NCBI GenBank assembly: GCA_052279835.1
Contig: CP181291.1
Location: 3,488,001-3,552,000, forward strand
DNA length: 64,000 nucleotides
Origin: Microcoleus sp.
GTDB lineage: Bacteria > Cyanobacteriota > Cyanobacteriia > Cyanobacteriales > Microcoleaceae
Direction of reading: 5' to 3'
Positions 18,308 to 29,234 of this stretch are shown here, in pieces. How positions within the stretch are numbered: the stretch's first letter is position 1; every line of letters begins with the position of its first letter. Made by a program: the position numbers and the translations under genes. The notes below the pieces were generated by a model. It made no database searches, had not been told where the DNA came from, and saw only the letters and a program-made list of their open reading frames with translations.

Positions 18308-21300
18308 TTACCCAAACTGCGTTAAGAATCGGAAAGCATTCAGAACATGAGTAGCGCAGACATAAGGCGAAGTATTATAAAAAGCTTGCCAAGCCGCTGC
18401 CTTATCTTCGTCGTATCTATCTGCTCTTTCCAAGTGTTTTTCCAGCCAATTGAGCCTGACAGCGTGACCGATCAATACATCTAAGACGATGTACTCTTCT
18501 ATTTGTAGCTCTGGGTTGCGTTGGGCGATCGCAGCCAACTCCATCAATGCCTCAATATTAACTTGTCTGTACTCAGGCGCAACAATTTTATTCAGCAAAT
18601 GCTCCACTTGGAGAGCAAAATTCTTTTCACCAGGAGTCATTTCCGATAAAATCACCTCACTGTCCAAGCGATTTCTGCGTTCCAACTTATCCCCAATAAT
18701 CAAGCCTTTGCAGTGCCGCAGCAGTCCCCAAACATGGGGATAAAAATCCTTGGGAACCCGATTAACAGCACCTTCCATTTGCCGCTTCCTGCGCCATCCA
18801 CCCGCCGGCATTTGGGGCTCGGACAAAATTGGAGCCACCACCCATTCTATTTCTTTTTCCGATTGTTTGACCCGCAGAGATTCTTGTTGTTTCAGGACTT
18901 GATTCATTTCCTCATACTCTGACAAAACTTGGCGCAGGCGATTTTTAATTTCAAAGGGACTTAACTGCATTAAATCTTCGTAAGCTTCATTTTGCGTGAT
19001 TCCCAATTCGCGGGCCAATTCGCTAGTTAGCAACAGAATAAAATAGCTAACTCTCAGGGTCAAAAGTCCTTTAAATAACTGAGGTTCTGCTTTAATCAGC
19101 AAACCAAGGTAGATCAAAACTTCTTGGGTGAGAACTCGATCGCGAACGTCTTCGCCGCAAAATTGGCGAATTTTGTCCATCACTTCCATGTAAGAACCAG
19201 GTCGAGAAATCAGGGAAGTTTCGCTGTAAGCTTTCCCCACAGAAATCTGTTTTTGTCGAACCAAAATATCCGTCACGGCATCGGACAAGCTGATATCAAT
19301 CTTATCCAGCAAACCAGCAGCATAACGGATGACTGCCCATTCTATTTTAGATTGGGAACTGTCTCCGGCTTTAGTATAAACTTCCTTGAGCAAATCTACA
19401 ACTTTAACACTTTCTCCCTGGGTTCCAAATCCAGTATCAAAGTCCATACCTTTGAGACGTACTAGGGTGTGGAGTAACTCTATTTGTTCGTACAAATTTT
19501 CTGATTCCCGCAGGCTTTTTAGCAAGAAGCTAGTATTAGTTTCGCACTCTAATTTAAATTCTTGAGTGTGACCCAAAGGCCCTGTTCTTTCAGGATTGTA
19601 ACGGAGATAGCTCGGCAATTCTACAGCACCTGTTACTGGAGATTCCGTAAAATCAAAATCGTGAAGAAAATCTATCTTTTCCGTACCCGCAGTCAATATT
19701 AATTGATTGAGATTCCCTAACTTTACCGGGGTATTTTTGCAGTGTCCGTCGCGGAGTTCTTTCATCAAGTTTAACAAAGCTTCCCGACCCGTTTCCAGCA
19801 TTCTGTGAGTGAGCATCAGGGTTACTGTCGGTCGTCCCAACTGAGACCAATGACGGTGAATGTAAGCTAATTCACTATTGATTTGAGATACTAAAAAGTG
19901 GTAATCTAGAGTTAAATAAAACTCTTGTCTGTCGAGAAAAGAGGGTAGAAATACGATCGCCTCTCCGCGAATTTGGAACACCCTTGAAGTGGTCAAACTC
20001 CGCAGCCTGCGAACGGGACGACCTGTCAACCCTAATTGGTCATTGCGTCCTATCTGGGTGTAAATCGCTGATAATTCTTTTGTTTGACGGACTTGAATTG
20101 GTTCTACCTGTTTGGGAGTTTGGGCTGCAATTCCATTGGCTGCTAATTCTGCTTGCAAATCTTCGTCTTCAGCTAACAGTGCAATTTGGACTAGGGGTTC
20201 TCTGTGCCGCCCCACTGAGAGGTGTCTTCCCAGGGGATCGATATCACCGATCGCAATTAATCCATCGTTTAATAATTGACCGAGAAAATACAAACTTTGC
20301 GCCCAAACTAGGGGGATGTTTTCATTGGGTAAGCGCTGCTGGCTGCGGGGATTAATTTTTTCTGCATTGATATTGTCGGCTGGTATGTAATACAATTCTG
20401 GTAGCAGAGATAAACCGGAACGCTCTACGGTGAGGGATGCCAAACGCTGTTCGTACTCGGCAACCTGGGCTGGATTTCCCTCAAATATTCCGTCTAATAA
20501 TAGGTAAGTAAAAAACAGTGGCCACTCGCATTCAATGTGCTCGAACTGCTTTAATTCTGTGGGTTCGTAGTGGAGGCGATCGCCATCTTCCAATACTGTT
20601 TGGTGTCCATCCCGTAGAAACCTTTTGCAGCCGTAATTTCCCTGCAATTTATCGATAATTTTATTTCGGGTTCGTTCAACTAATTGTTTGTCTTCTACTG
20701 CAAAAGCGGGAAAACTAATGATGCTCAACAAAGCCGCATCTACTTCCTTGGAACTCGATTCGCGAGGCAAAAGCGATTCTAATGTCATCCGAGTTCGGGC
20801 AATTTCGTCTGGCAAAACGTGAATTACAGAGGCTTGAGAGCCGTTTAAGCCAAATAAATCTAATCCATTTATCGCTTCAAGTGCTGCTTTTGCCATCCCT
20901 ACTGAACTGGCATTTAATTCTGCATTGCCCCGATTAATTTTATTGCCTCTTTCCCAAATTCCATAATCGGGTGTGCGGTAGGATCTACCAATATAGTACA
21001 CTAAATTCTGCACGAAATTGACTTCATCGATTGTGAAAATAATGTGCAATCCTGAAGCTGTCATTTGAGCAAGCATTAGCAAGAATATAGATGTTGCATC
21101 TAACTGCAAGTGTCCCCACTCATCATCGCCGACAACAATATTGCCCGTCTGGGTATTGTATTTGGCGTGTAAGGCATCTAGGGGTAACTGGGTATTTTTA
21201 AATTTTTCTACTTTATTGGCTTGTTGCATCATCGCAAACATCAAGCCTCGCATCAGTTTTACTGTACTGTGTTCGAGTTCAAATGTTTTAGCCCCATCGC

Positions 21301-21517
21301 TATCAATTTTACGGTAAGCTAGGCCCAAGCCCCAAACTGCGAGGATGCTGTAAACGTTGTCGCGCACCCAAGCATCGGTGTAGTCGCCGTGGGCGTTAAC
21401 GGCGGTACTCGCTGGGAGTAAGCCGGTAATTGGGTTCTGCCGCTTGAGAATGATGCTTTTGATTTGTTGGTAGTAATAATCTAACCTGCTTTGCCGCTGA
21501 GCTGTTGCGATCGCCAT
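18308..21517 (-). CDS. GH15-like / phosphorylase kinase alpha-beta-like protein
   Basis: TGLLPAS, AWVRDNVY, WGHLQ, DYGIWERG, ECEWP. Confidence 0.88.
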   Translation of the reverse strand: MAIATAQRQSRLDYYYQQIKSIILKRQNPITGLLPASTAVNAHGDYTDAWVRDNVYSILAVWGLGLAYRKIDSDGAKTFELEHSTVKLMRGLMFAMMQQANKVEKFKNTQLPLDALHAKYNTQTGNIVVGDDEWGHLQLDATSIFLLMLAQMTASGLHIIFTIDEVNFVQNLVYYIGRSYRTPDYGIWERGNKINRGNAELNASSVGMAKAALEAINGLDLFGLNGSQASVIHVLPDEIARTRMTLESLLPRESSSKEVDAALLSIISFPAFAVEDKQLVERTRNKIIDKLQGNYGCKRFLRDGHQTVLEDGDRLHYEPTELKQFEHIECEWPLFFTYLLLDGIFEGNPAQVAEYEQRLASLTVERSGLSLLPELYYIPADNINAEKINPRSQQRLPNENIPLVWAQSLYFLGQLLNDGLIAIGDIDPLGRHLSVGRHREPLVQIALLAEDEDLQAELAANGIAAQTPKQVEPIQVRQTKELSAIYTQIGRNDQLGLTGRPVRRLRSLTTSRVFQIRGEAIVFLPSFLDRQEFYLTLDYHFLVSQINSELAYIHRHWSQLGRPTVTLMLTHRMLETGREALLNLMKELRDGHCKNTPVKLGNLNQLILTAGTEKIDFLHDFDFTESPVTGAVELPSYLRYNPERTGPLGHTQEFKLECETNTSFLLKSLRESENLYEQIELLHTLVRLKGMDFDTGFGTQGESVKVVDLLKEVYTKAGDSSQSKIEWAVIRYAAGLLDKIDISLSDAVTDILVRQKQISVGKAYSETSLISRPGSYMEVMDKIRQFCGEDVRDRVLTQEVLIYLGLLIKAEPQLFKGLLTLRVSYFILLLTSELARELGITQNEAYEDLMQLSPFEIKNRLRQVLSEYEEMNQVLKQQESLRVKQSEKEIEWVVAPILSEPQMPAGGWRRKRQMEGAVNRVPKDFYPHVWGLLRHCKGLIIGDKLERRNRLDSEVILSEMTPGEKNFALQVEHLLNKIVAPEYRQVNIEALMELAAIAQRNPELQIEEYIVLDVLIGHAVRLNWLEKHLERADRYDEDKAAAWQAFYNTSPYVCATHVLNAFRFLTQFG

Positions 21518-21767
21518 TTCGTTTTCCTTGTACTTTTTTCCTGAAGCTAGCTGAGTTGCTCTGAATAGACTTTTAAATATATCAGAAATTAGATTGCTCT
21601 GTGTCTCTCAACTTTTATTTTTCTGAGCGTCGAGTTGTCATAGTTTCTGCTTCGTCTAGGATTTGACAGTAACTTTAAGTCAATCTTAGTCCATAAAATA
21701 TATTTTGAATCGAAGTTAACATTTTGTTAAAAATTTCTACTTTGTAAATAATCTGGAGGTAATTACC

Positions 21768-21908
21768 ATGTCTCACCGCCATCACCATAACAACAATAAT
21801 GCTCCTTTTGTAAAAATTGTCTATTCTACAATTAAAGTCAATGGCAAAATAGAGTTAGTCCCGATGGAATGGTACGCAGATGGCTCTGTTAAAAAGAGCG
21901 ATCGCTAA
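21768..21908 (+). CDS. 46-aa small protein
   Basis: GGAGGT RBS 7 nt before ATG; MSHRHHHNNNNAPFVKIVYSTIKVNGKIELVPMEWYADGSVKKSDR. Confidence 0.6.
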   Translation: MSHRHHHNNNNAPFVKIVYSTIKVNGKIELVPMEWYADGSVKKSDR

Positions 21909-22040
21909 TTAGGTCGATCGATTGTAGATTTTAGATTTGGGATTTTGGATATGAGTATTCCCCTTCTTCCCTTTTCCCTCTTCCCTCTTCCCTCTCCCTT
22001 CTGGTATAACTACCTGTGTAGGAATCTCCCATCAAAAAAT

Positions 22041-22772
22041 ATGGATCGATCGCGCTCACAATTTTCTGTGCTGGGACTACCAGTTCACATCTTAGACGAT
22101 CATGCAGGTTGGCTGATAGAGCGTCTGCATCAAGGATTAGGAAGTCACGTCGTCACGCTGAATGCAGAAATGGCGATGCAAGCCGAGAAAAATCAGGCTT
22201 TAGCCGATATAATTAGTTCTGCGGAACTCGTGATTCCAGACGGTGCCGGAGTCGTGCTGTACTTGAGAATGCGAGGTAAAAAAGTCAACAGATTTCCGGG
22301 GATTGAATTAGCAGAGTCCTTGCTGCAACAAGCGGCCAAATTGCCGCATGGGGAATCAGTATTTTTCTTTGGAGGTGCGCCCGGAGTGGCGATCGCAGCA
22401 GCAGAAACTTGGCAACAGCAGAGGGGCGGATTGTCGATTAGATCTCAACACGGCTATATCTCCGCAGAGGAAGAACAAGAATTCCAGGAAACTCTCAAAA
22501 AAATCCAGCCAAAATTGATTCTAGTCGGTTTGGGAGTGCCACGTCAAGAGTTTTGGATTGCCAAAAACCGACACCTTTGTCCTCAATCTATTTGGGTAGG
22601 AGTAGGGGGCAGTTTGGACATTTGGGCGGGAACAAAAACTCGTGCTCCGGCTTGGTTTTGCGACAATAATTTAGAATGGTTGTATCGACTTTATCAAGAA
22701 CCTTGGCGCTGGCGCAGGATGTTAGCTTTGCCCCAATTTGCATTCAAAGCCTTGGGAAATTTGCGGACTTAA
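22041..22772 (+). CDS. WecB/TagA/CpsF family glycosyltransferase
   Basis: VTLNAE, PDG, GLGVPRQE, GVGGSLD, RAP, LEWLYRL. Confidence 0.93.
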   Translation: MDRSRSQFSVLGLPVHILDDHAGWLIERLHQGLGSHVVTLNAEMAMQAEKNQALADIISSAELVIPDGAGVVLYLRMRGKKVNRFPGIELAESLLQQAAKLPHGESVFFFGGAPGVAIAAAETWQQQRGGLSIRSQHGYISAEEEQEFQETLKKIQPKLILVGLGVPRQEFWIAKNRHLCPQSIWVGVGGSLDIWAGTKTRAPAWFCDNNLEWLYRLYQEPWRWRRMLALPQFAFKALGNLRT

Positions 22773-22863
22773 ATGAATTATTTCCCAAACCCCCAAGGAA
22801 TTATGGTTGATATTTGTTAGATATTGTGAGGTCGAAGGGCAGGGCATCGCCCGCCCCTACAAG

Positions 22864-25191
22864 TTAAACGATATAAGGAGAATCGATCGCCTTGGCCCGT
22901 TTAATCGCCACCAAAGTCTGGTAAATCAAAGCTGAAATCTCTCCACGAGTGACATCCCGCTGCGGCGAAAGCCAATCGCGGGAAGGATAATTAACCACAA
23001 TCTTCAAGCTAGTTGCCGCGGCGATCGCACTTAAAGCAAAATTAGGGATTTGAGAGCGATCGGTGTAAACTTTCAAAGTATCAGGATTTCCCCCCTTCAG
23101 TTCCAAACCATTAACCAAAGACACGATCGCCTCAGTCTTAGTTAAATTCAAATTCGGGCCAAACTTCAACCCCGGAAACCCCGACAAAAAGCCAGCCCGA
23201 TTCGCCCGTTCGATCGCACTTCTGGCCCAAAAACTAGCAGAAACATCAATAAAATTCGTAGCAGGCATCTTCGGAATCGGACTAAACGCAGTCACCAACA
23301 ACGAAGCATATTGAGCTCGATTTAAACTCTCATCAGGTCGAAAAGAACCATCCGGCATACCACTAATTATATTCGCTGCCGCCAGGGCCTCAATAAACTT
23401 CTGGGCCCAATGTCCAGAAATATCACTAAACCTCGAATCACCAATATTCGGATTACCGCCACCCTTTCTCACCGCCGCTTGCACAGCTTGAAAAGCATTC
23501 ACTTTCCCGTAACCGAACCAATCGCTACGCTGATTTTGAGTGTCATAAGTACCCATGCGAGTACCCAACTGGGGATCGGGATCGCCATCAACAATTTTGT
23601 CAGCAGTTTGTTCCAGAATTCCCCGCACTTCCCGCGCCGTCAAACGGGGGTTGGCCGAAAGTACCAAAGCTGCCACCCCAGCCACTAGAGGAGTGGCGCT
23701 GGAAGTACCGCCAAAGGAGTCGGTATAGTCCCCTGGATCGTAACCCTCGGTCCCGATGCGATCGGTAGTAAATATTCCCAAACCGGGCAAATCTTGCGTC
23801 ACCTCCGGCGGAGTGCTGATATATCCGGTTTGCTGCATCCAAGTTCCCGGCGGGGCGTTGTTGCTGGGGGCGGAAACCGAGATGCTGCCACCCCAATTGC
23901 TGTAGGCTGCTTTTTTATTCAGGGAAGTGGAAGCTGCAACCGCAATCACGTCTGGGTGAACGGCAAATCCACTCAGCCATCGAGTTTGACCCTTGATGAT
24001 GTCATCGGGCCAGCCTTTTTCGTTAATCGTACCGTTGACTGGGCGGTTGGCATTGCCGGCTGCGAAGACAATGACGCAACCTCTGCCACCGCGCCCTAGG
24101 GTGGCTGCTTTGGTGATGACGGCACTTTGTCTGAGGGAAAGCGGAAAATAAACTGCTGATGGCCCCCAACTGCAAGAAATGACGGCGGCCCCTTTGTCGA
24201 TCGCCCAATTGAATATTTGTTCAACAGAATCATCGTCCAGGTAGCCTGTAGTACGGATTGGCATTAGGGCGCATCCAGGGGCGACACCGACAATGCCTTT
24301 GCCGTTTTCTTCCGCGACGGCGACACCCGCGCAGGATGTGCCGTGGTTGTCGGAGTCGAGGACTGGCATTGGGGACAAGTCGCCGTCTTTTAAATCTAGG
24401 GGAAAAACGATTTTGCCTTGGCCTTGAAAATCGGGATGTGTCATCTCCACGGAATCGTCGGCGATCGCGACTACGATCGATCGTATTCCACGAGTAATGT
24501 CCCAGGCTTTTTCGGCAAAAACGTGAGAACCTATTGCCATTTGGCTACCGCTTCTGTTATTGAGATACCACTGTCGGGGATACAGCGGATCGCGGGGGAT
24601 ATAGTGGTGTTGAGTTTGTACTATAATGTTTGGTTCTGCAACGAGAACTTCTGGGTATCTGGTCAAACGGTTGGCTATTTTGACTGGGTTTTCTGTGGCT
24701 TGTTTGGTGACTTCATAGATAAATGTGTTGGGAATTCCTTCTACTTGTCGGACCATTTTTAATGCTGCTGCATTGGCGATCGCATTTCGCGATTCTTCTT
24801 TTAGTTGTTCGGTAAATTGAATGGTAATTCGATCGGTTAAATAAAAGAATGTACCCGGATTGTTGGCGGGACAATAGACGTGGCTAGCAAAAGCAACGGC
24901 ATCGCTGGCCCTGGCCGCTTGCATGGCGGTATTGAGAAGGGCGGGCGGAACTAGATATTCTTCTAGATTGCTGTTGGCGACGCGGCGGATGAGTTTGGCT
25001 TTGGCGTTGACTAACCAAGGGTTTGAGGCTGATGCTGTGGATGAGGGGCGGACTGTAAAGCGATCGGTCGCTTTTGACAGTAGCACTTCATCTCCTCCGC
25101 GTTGCAAAATCAATGCCAGACTTTCATCTGGGACTCCTATACCTTGATAATTTTGTAAGGTTGTGGCAGAAAGTGCGCTCGGTTGTGTCAT
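22864..25191 (-). CDS. S8 subtilase with C-terminal SLH domains
   Basis: VAIADD, HGTSCAG, GTSSATP triad; SLH motifs FSDISGHWA, FRPD, TRGE. Confidence 0.93.
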   Translation of the reverse strand: MTQPSALSATTLQNYQGIGVPDESLALILQRGGDEVLLSKATDRFTVRPSSTASASNPWLVNAKAKLIRRVANSNLEEYLVPPALLNTAMQAARASDAVAFASHVYCPANNPGTFFYLTDRITIQFTEQLKEESRNAIANAAALKMVRQVEGIPNTFIYEVTKQATENPVKIANRLTRYPEVLVAEPNIIVQTQHHYIPRDPLYPRQWYLNNRSGSQMAIGSHVFAEKAWDITRGIRSIVVAIADDSVEMTHPDFQGQGKIVFPLDLKDGDLSPMPVLDSDNHGTSCAGVAVAEENGKGIVGVAPGCALMPIRTTGYLDDDSVEQIFNWAIDKGAAVISCSWGPSAVYFPLSLRQSAVITKAATLGRGGRGCVIVFAAGNANRPVNGTINEKGWPDDIIKGQTRWLSGFAVHPDVIAVAASTSLNKKAAYSNWGGSISVSAPSNNAPPGTWMQQTGYISTPPEVTQDLPGLGIFTTDRIGTEGYDPGDYTDSFGGTSSATPLVAGVAALVLSANPRLTAREVRGILEQTADKIVDGDPDPQLGTRMGTYDTQNQRSDWFGYGKVNAFQAVQAAVRKGGGNPNIGDSRFSDISGHWAQKFIEALAAANIISGMPDGSFRPDESLNRAQYASLLVTAFSPIPKMPATNFIDVSASFWARSAIERANRAGFLSGFPGLKFGPNLNLTKTEAIVSLVNGLELKGGNPDTLKVYTDRSQIPNFALSAIAAATSLKIVVNYPSRDWLSPQRDVTRGEISALIYQTLVAIKRAKAIDSPYIV

Positions 25192-25367
25192 CAGAAATGC
25201 CTTTGTTCAGTTTTAATGCAATTTTACAATTTAATTTTCCCGCACTATAGCAGTTTCTTTTGAAGTGAGGTAGGTACCTAGCAATTTGCAATTCACGCTT
25301 TGTAGGGTACGTCGCTATGAGATATTCCGTGGAACTTGCAGATTCTAGAAGGCGACGCACCTGAATA

Positions 25368-25530
25368 TTGGCCGCAAAAAGTTAAGGGATTGTCAATTAT
25401 TTCCGAACACGGCTACCTGTCAAAAGAGCAAGAAAACGACTTGCAGGAAACCCTCAAAAGAATGCAGCCACCAATCATTTTTGTGGTTTGGGAGTGCCTC
25501 TCCGAAAATTTTGGATTGCCGAAAACATTC
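25368..25530 (+). pseudogene. internal fragment of a WecB/TagA paralog, frameshifted
   Basis: GLSIISEHGYLSKEQENDLQETLKRMQP then GVPLRKFWIAEN in another frame, matching the intact gene at 22041. Confidence 0.75.
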
Positions 25531-26581
25531 AAAGTTCGATGGTTAAAGACGCAGCGATCGCTACCCAACTGCAAGCCTTAGCCGTATACGAGCTATCGAT
25601 TTTTAGCATGAAGTTAGGTACTACTTTTATGTCTCCCGTAATGAGGTTTTCGGGCTTTATGTCCGAGATGTTGGTTGGTTGGGTGATCTGTGCGGACGAT
25701 CGATCGGGTATTGCGCTCGATGCAGCCGCAGCGGAGAACACCCAAGGTTGCGTTCCCAGACGAGGATCGATCGGCTCAAACCCCAGAGTTTGGCTCCCAG
25801 CATCGCCGCGATAGTCATCCTCCGTGAGGGTGGCATCGGGGGAGTAGAACCAGGTATTCGCCGCTGTATCGATGATAATTTCCCGGTTTTCTTTGGGATA
25901 GTTGCCATCGTAAACCTGGATAGATACCCGATTGTTCGGCAAATCCGTGATGCCAATCGGCGCGACGGAATGCCCTCCCGAACCACCAGGATTGGAGAAC
26001 CGCAAAGTCCCGATCGCCGAGCCTGATGTGTTCAAACTCGTCCGCAATGCTGCTAAAACATCATTAGGGGAAGTTTTGACCGTGGTGTCCCGATCGACCA
26101 AACCAGTTGCATACCAATAAGCAATCTCGCGTTGAAGCTTCGTATTCCCTTCCAGATTCAAATCCGCCGCGCGTTCCGCGCCAAAATCTTGGGGACGAAT
26201 CTTACCCTCGTACATCAACAAACTCAGTGCTGCCAGGCCTTCGCAATGACCGTTCTTCATGGTGCTATTCGCCCACTCCATCCATTTTTCGGCGGTTGGA
26301 GTCAAGGAAAAACTACCGTCACTGCGGACTGGACTCGCCAAGACAGCATCGCCAAACAGTCGGCGCATTTCCACTGGACTGAGGGTGGCATACTGGGGTG
26401 CTGCATCGTAGTTAGCAAAGCTAAACCCGTCTGTGGCGATCGAGAATGCGGATCTTGTGGGATTTGTGGCGGTTAGCCCAGGCGTGGGGACTGATGGAAC
26501 TCCGGCGCGACCTTCTTGGATACCATATTCGCGGTAATGCTGAAGGGGACTGAGTTTTCCGGGGTTGGCGTCGATCGGCAT
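25529..26581 (-). CDS. hypothetical protein with papain-like Cys/His/Asp motifs, probably truncated
   Basis: GHCEGLA, GGHSV, VYDGNYP; N-terminal PLQHYREYGIQEGR. Confidence 0.55.
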   Translation of the reverse strand: MPIDANPGKLSPLQHYREYGIQEGRAGVPSVPTPGLTATNPTRSAFSIATDGFSFANYDAAPQYATLSPVEMRRLFGDAVLASPVRSDGSFSLTPTAEKWMEWANSTMKNGHCEGLAALSLLMYEGKIRPQDFGAERAADLNLEGNTKLQREIAYWYATGLVDRDTTVKTSPNDVLAALRTSLNTSGSAIGTLRFSNPGGSGGHSVAPIGITDLPNNRVSIQVYDGNYPKENREIIIDTAANTWFYSPDATLTEDDYRGDAGSQTLGFEPIDPRLGTQPWVFSAAAASSAIPDRSSAQITQPTNISDIKPENLITGDIKVVPNFMLKIDSSYTAKACSWVAIAASLTIEL

Positions 26582-26860
26582 TTGAAAGTTATACCAAAAA
26601 GTTCAGGCTAATCAGCATGGATGACTCAACTAACATCAGTCCGGTTAAATTTCCTTTCTTCTTCAGTCCGCGCAGGCGGACTTTGTTTGTTTAGCAGCGG
26701 TTTCAACCGCCGGGATATTTCCGATCTAAAATCCCAAATCGATCGCCCCCTTTGACATTTCCCCAAATTTGGTTTACACTCATCCGGTTGCGATCGCCAA
26801 TGGTAAGATCTGCTCAAGCTAAATATCTTTTTTAAAGCGCCCAGGGCGCAAAGTAATTTC

Positions 26861-27487
26861 ATGGTATACTCTGGAACTGTTTGCTGGCTTCGCTCCACCG
26901 CCCGGATTAGCATTGTGGCGATCGCAGCTTTGCTCCTATTACAACCGCCCCAAGCCCAAGCACAGCAACCTTCTGGGCTAGATAACAAACCGCAAGTCGA
27001 ACCCGTAGATGACCCTACGGACCCAAACAATCTCCGCCCCGTTATCCAAAACAACAGCCTCTTGAGCATTCCCGGAGGTCAGCGTTTAATGACAGAAGCT
27101 AGCAACGCTATTTCCAACCAGAACTACACTGTAGCTTCTCAAAAACTTCAAGAATCCCGCCAAATTTTCAATCAATTGTCCAATTTCTACCAACAACTGT
27201 CCAGCAGTTTTGCCGGAATCGACATCCGCATCGCTGACAGCAACCGCACCAAAGCCGTCGATACAGCCCAAATGCGTGACGAAGCCACCTATCGGCTGGC
27301 GTTGGTACACCGAGCCCAAAATAAGCCGGAACTGGCTGTTCCACTGCTGATCCAGATTATTCGTTCCCAGCAGCCAACTCGCGACTTGGGCAAAAAAGCT
27401 TACCAGCAGTTAGTGGAGTTGGGGTTTGTGGATACGCCCTATCCTCGACCAGCCAGCAGCACTCCCCCGACTGCGCCTAAGAAATAG
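26861..27487 (+). CDS. conserved secreted helical (TPR-like) protein
   Basis: Signal peptide ending AQA; RDEATYRLALVHRAQNKPELAVPLL. Confidence 0.75.
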   Translation: MVYSGTVCWLRSTARISIVAIAALLLLQPPQAQAQQPSGLDNKPQVEPVDDPTDPNNLRPVIQNNSLLSIPGGQRLMTEASNAISNQNYTVASQKLQESRQIFNQLSNFYQQLSSSFAGIDIRIADSNRTKAVDTAQMRDEATYRLALVHRAQNKPELAVPLLIQIIRSQQPTRDLGKKAYQQLVELGFVDTPYPRPASSTPPTAPKK

Positions 27488-27532
27488 TTCCACTAAAATC
27501 TAAATTGCAGCCGTTTATCCCAAAAAAAACCA

Positions 27533-27793
27533 ATGGTTACACCATCTCAAGTAGCGGAAATGATTCAGACTGGATTGCCAGACGCTAAAGTAAAAGTTGA
27601 TGATTTAACTGGTGGTGGCGACCACTACCAAGCCAGGGTAGTTTCTGCGGCCTTTGAAGGGAAAAGCCGAGTACAGCAACATCAACTGGTGTATGGTGCG
27701 CTCAAACAAGCAATGGCTAGTGAAGCCATCCACGCTTTGGCTTTGCAAACTTTCACTCCCGCAGAATGGGACGCGCAAAGTCAAGTGGCTTAA
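27533..27793 (+). CDS. bolA: BolA family protein
   Basis: [23 protein letters not shown]. Confidence 0.93.
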   Translation: MVTPSQVAEMIQTGLPDAKVKVDDLTGGGDHYQARVVSAAFEGKSRVQQHQLVYGALKQAMASEAIHALALQTFTPAEWDAQSQVA

Positions 27794-27898
27794 TTGTTGA
27801 GCGAGCAATTGAGTTCAGAAATTGGTTAATGTGTCAATAGTTGCTTAATCAGCAACTGTCACTGTTGAAAATTATTCAAGCAATATTTAGGAGCGACC

Positions 27899-28222
27899 AT
27901 GAGTACAGCAGCACATCAAAGAATTGACGACTTGGTTAAACAAAACAAAATCATGGTCTTTATGAAGGGCAATAAATTAATGCCCCAGTGCGGTTTTTCT
28001 AACAACGTAGTGCAAATTCTCAATACCTTGGGAGTGCCTTACGAAACTGTGGATGTTTTGGCAGACCAGGAAATTCGTCAGGGAGTAAAAGAATATTCCA
28101 ACTGGCCGACAATTCCCCAAGTTTATATTAACGGCGAATTTGTTGGTGGCTCGGATATTCTGATCGAAATGTATCAGAAAGGCGAATTGCAAGAAGCCGT
28201 AGAAGTTGCTTTAGCCTCTTAA
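27899..28222 (+). CDS. grxD: monothiol glutaredoxin (Grx4)
   Basis: CGFS, WPTIPQ, GGSD. Confidence 0.95.
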   Translation: MSTAAHQRIDDLVKQNKIMVFMKGNKLMPQCGFSNNVVQILNTLGVPYETVDVLADQEIRQGVKEYSNWPTIPQVYINGEFVGGSDILIEMYQKGELQEAVEVALAS

Positions 28223-28400
28223 ATCATGGGAGGGCAGAAATTTTGGAGTTCTGAATTTGGAACTCTAAATTTTCCTAAATTCCCAAATTCCCAAATTCCC
28301 AACCTTAACGGCTGTAGGGCGGACACGGCCGACCCTACAAAAATATGATTTTTTGTGCCGACAGATTCCAAACTGCTGACTATTACAGATAAATTTTGTA

Positions 28401-28649
28401 TTAGTAATAGCCGGATTCAGGCTGGGGCATGGGCATTTCAAAATTGGAGGGGTCGTGAATATAACGGGCGGCTTCTTCCTCCAATCTGTGAATCAGGTAG
28501 GGTTCTAAACCGTTTGAATGACGGAGGGCGGCCAAATACCCGTCTAAGTAGAGTCGCAGGTCATCAAAACGATAACCTCTATTCCACATTTCGACGAGGG
28601 CGTCGGTGAGTTTTTGGTAGTGCCGGATGGTTTGGGTGTCTTGAAGCAT
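28401..28649 (-). CDS. conserved small cyanobacterial protein (DUF6761-like)
   Basis: MLQDTQTIRHYQKLTDA...LYLDGYLAAL...PSNF. Confidence 0.75.
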   Translation of the reverse strand: MLQDTQTIRHYQKLTDALVEMWNRGYRFDDLRLYLDGYLAALRHSNGLEPYLIHRLEEEAARYIHDPSNFEMPMPQPESGYY

Positions 28650-29234
28650 GGTGTGAGGTTGAAATCCTTTGTGGTTAGTACAATGACGGCGGGATTTAGA
28701 AAATGCTTCGACTGTGGCCCAATTGCTCAGGTCTAGGCTATTGCTAAATAACAATTTCTACCCTGCTAACAGGTTACCCTCCATAAAAAATTTCACGGGC
28801 TAGTTGGCACGACTCCATAGTGTAAACGCTAGATGGATGATTCATCCTGGGTTGAATAGAGTCGGGAAGTTATTTAATTTTATGGTCAAACTGTGTCAGT
28901 GGTCCGGCTACCGAGGGAACGGTGGTCGTTATTTTAGTTTGAGTTTGCAGATTTGTCAACTTCCCAGGATGGGATTTTTGGTTGGGAATCTGTTTTTGCC
29001 TAGGGTTGAGGCCGGCGAGTCGATCGACTGCATACTCTAATACTTTCATTGTAAGATAGTCACCAGAGTCCTGGAATCTTTCTGGAGTCTCAATCGGGGA
29101 AATTTGACAAAATTTTTAAAATTGTCACCCTTGTCTTGTTCATCGCTTTATAAGAAGCAACAGACACGACTTAAATCAAAACTCCAAACTCACAACTTAA
29201 TATTCCCCAATCACAGCCATAAAGTTTTGAATCT

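Noticed and set aside
17822..18315. ORFs with [14 protein letters not shown] repeats
   Set aside because: Translations of heptamer STRR and MITE DNA
18308..21517. Eukaryote-like phosphorylase kinase subunit as a novelty
   Set aside because: This GH15-like family is already known in cyanobacteria; nothing unusual in this copy
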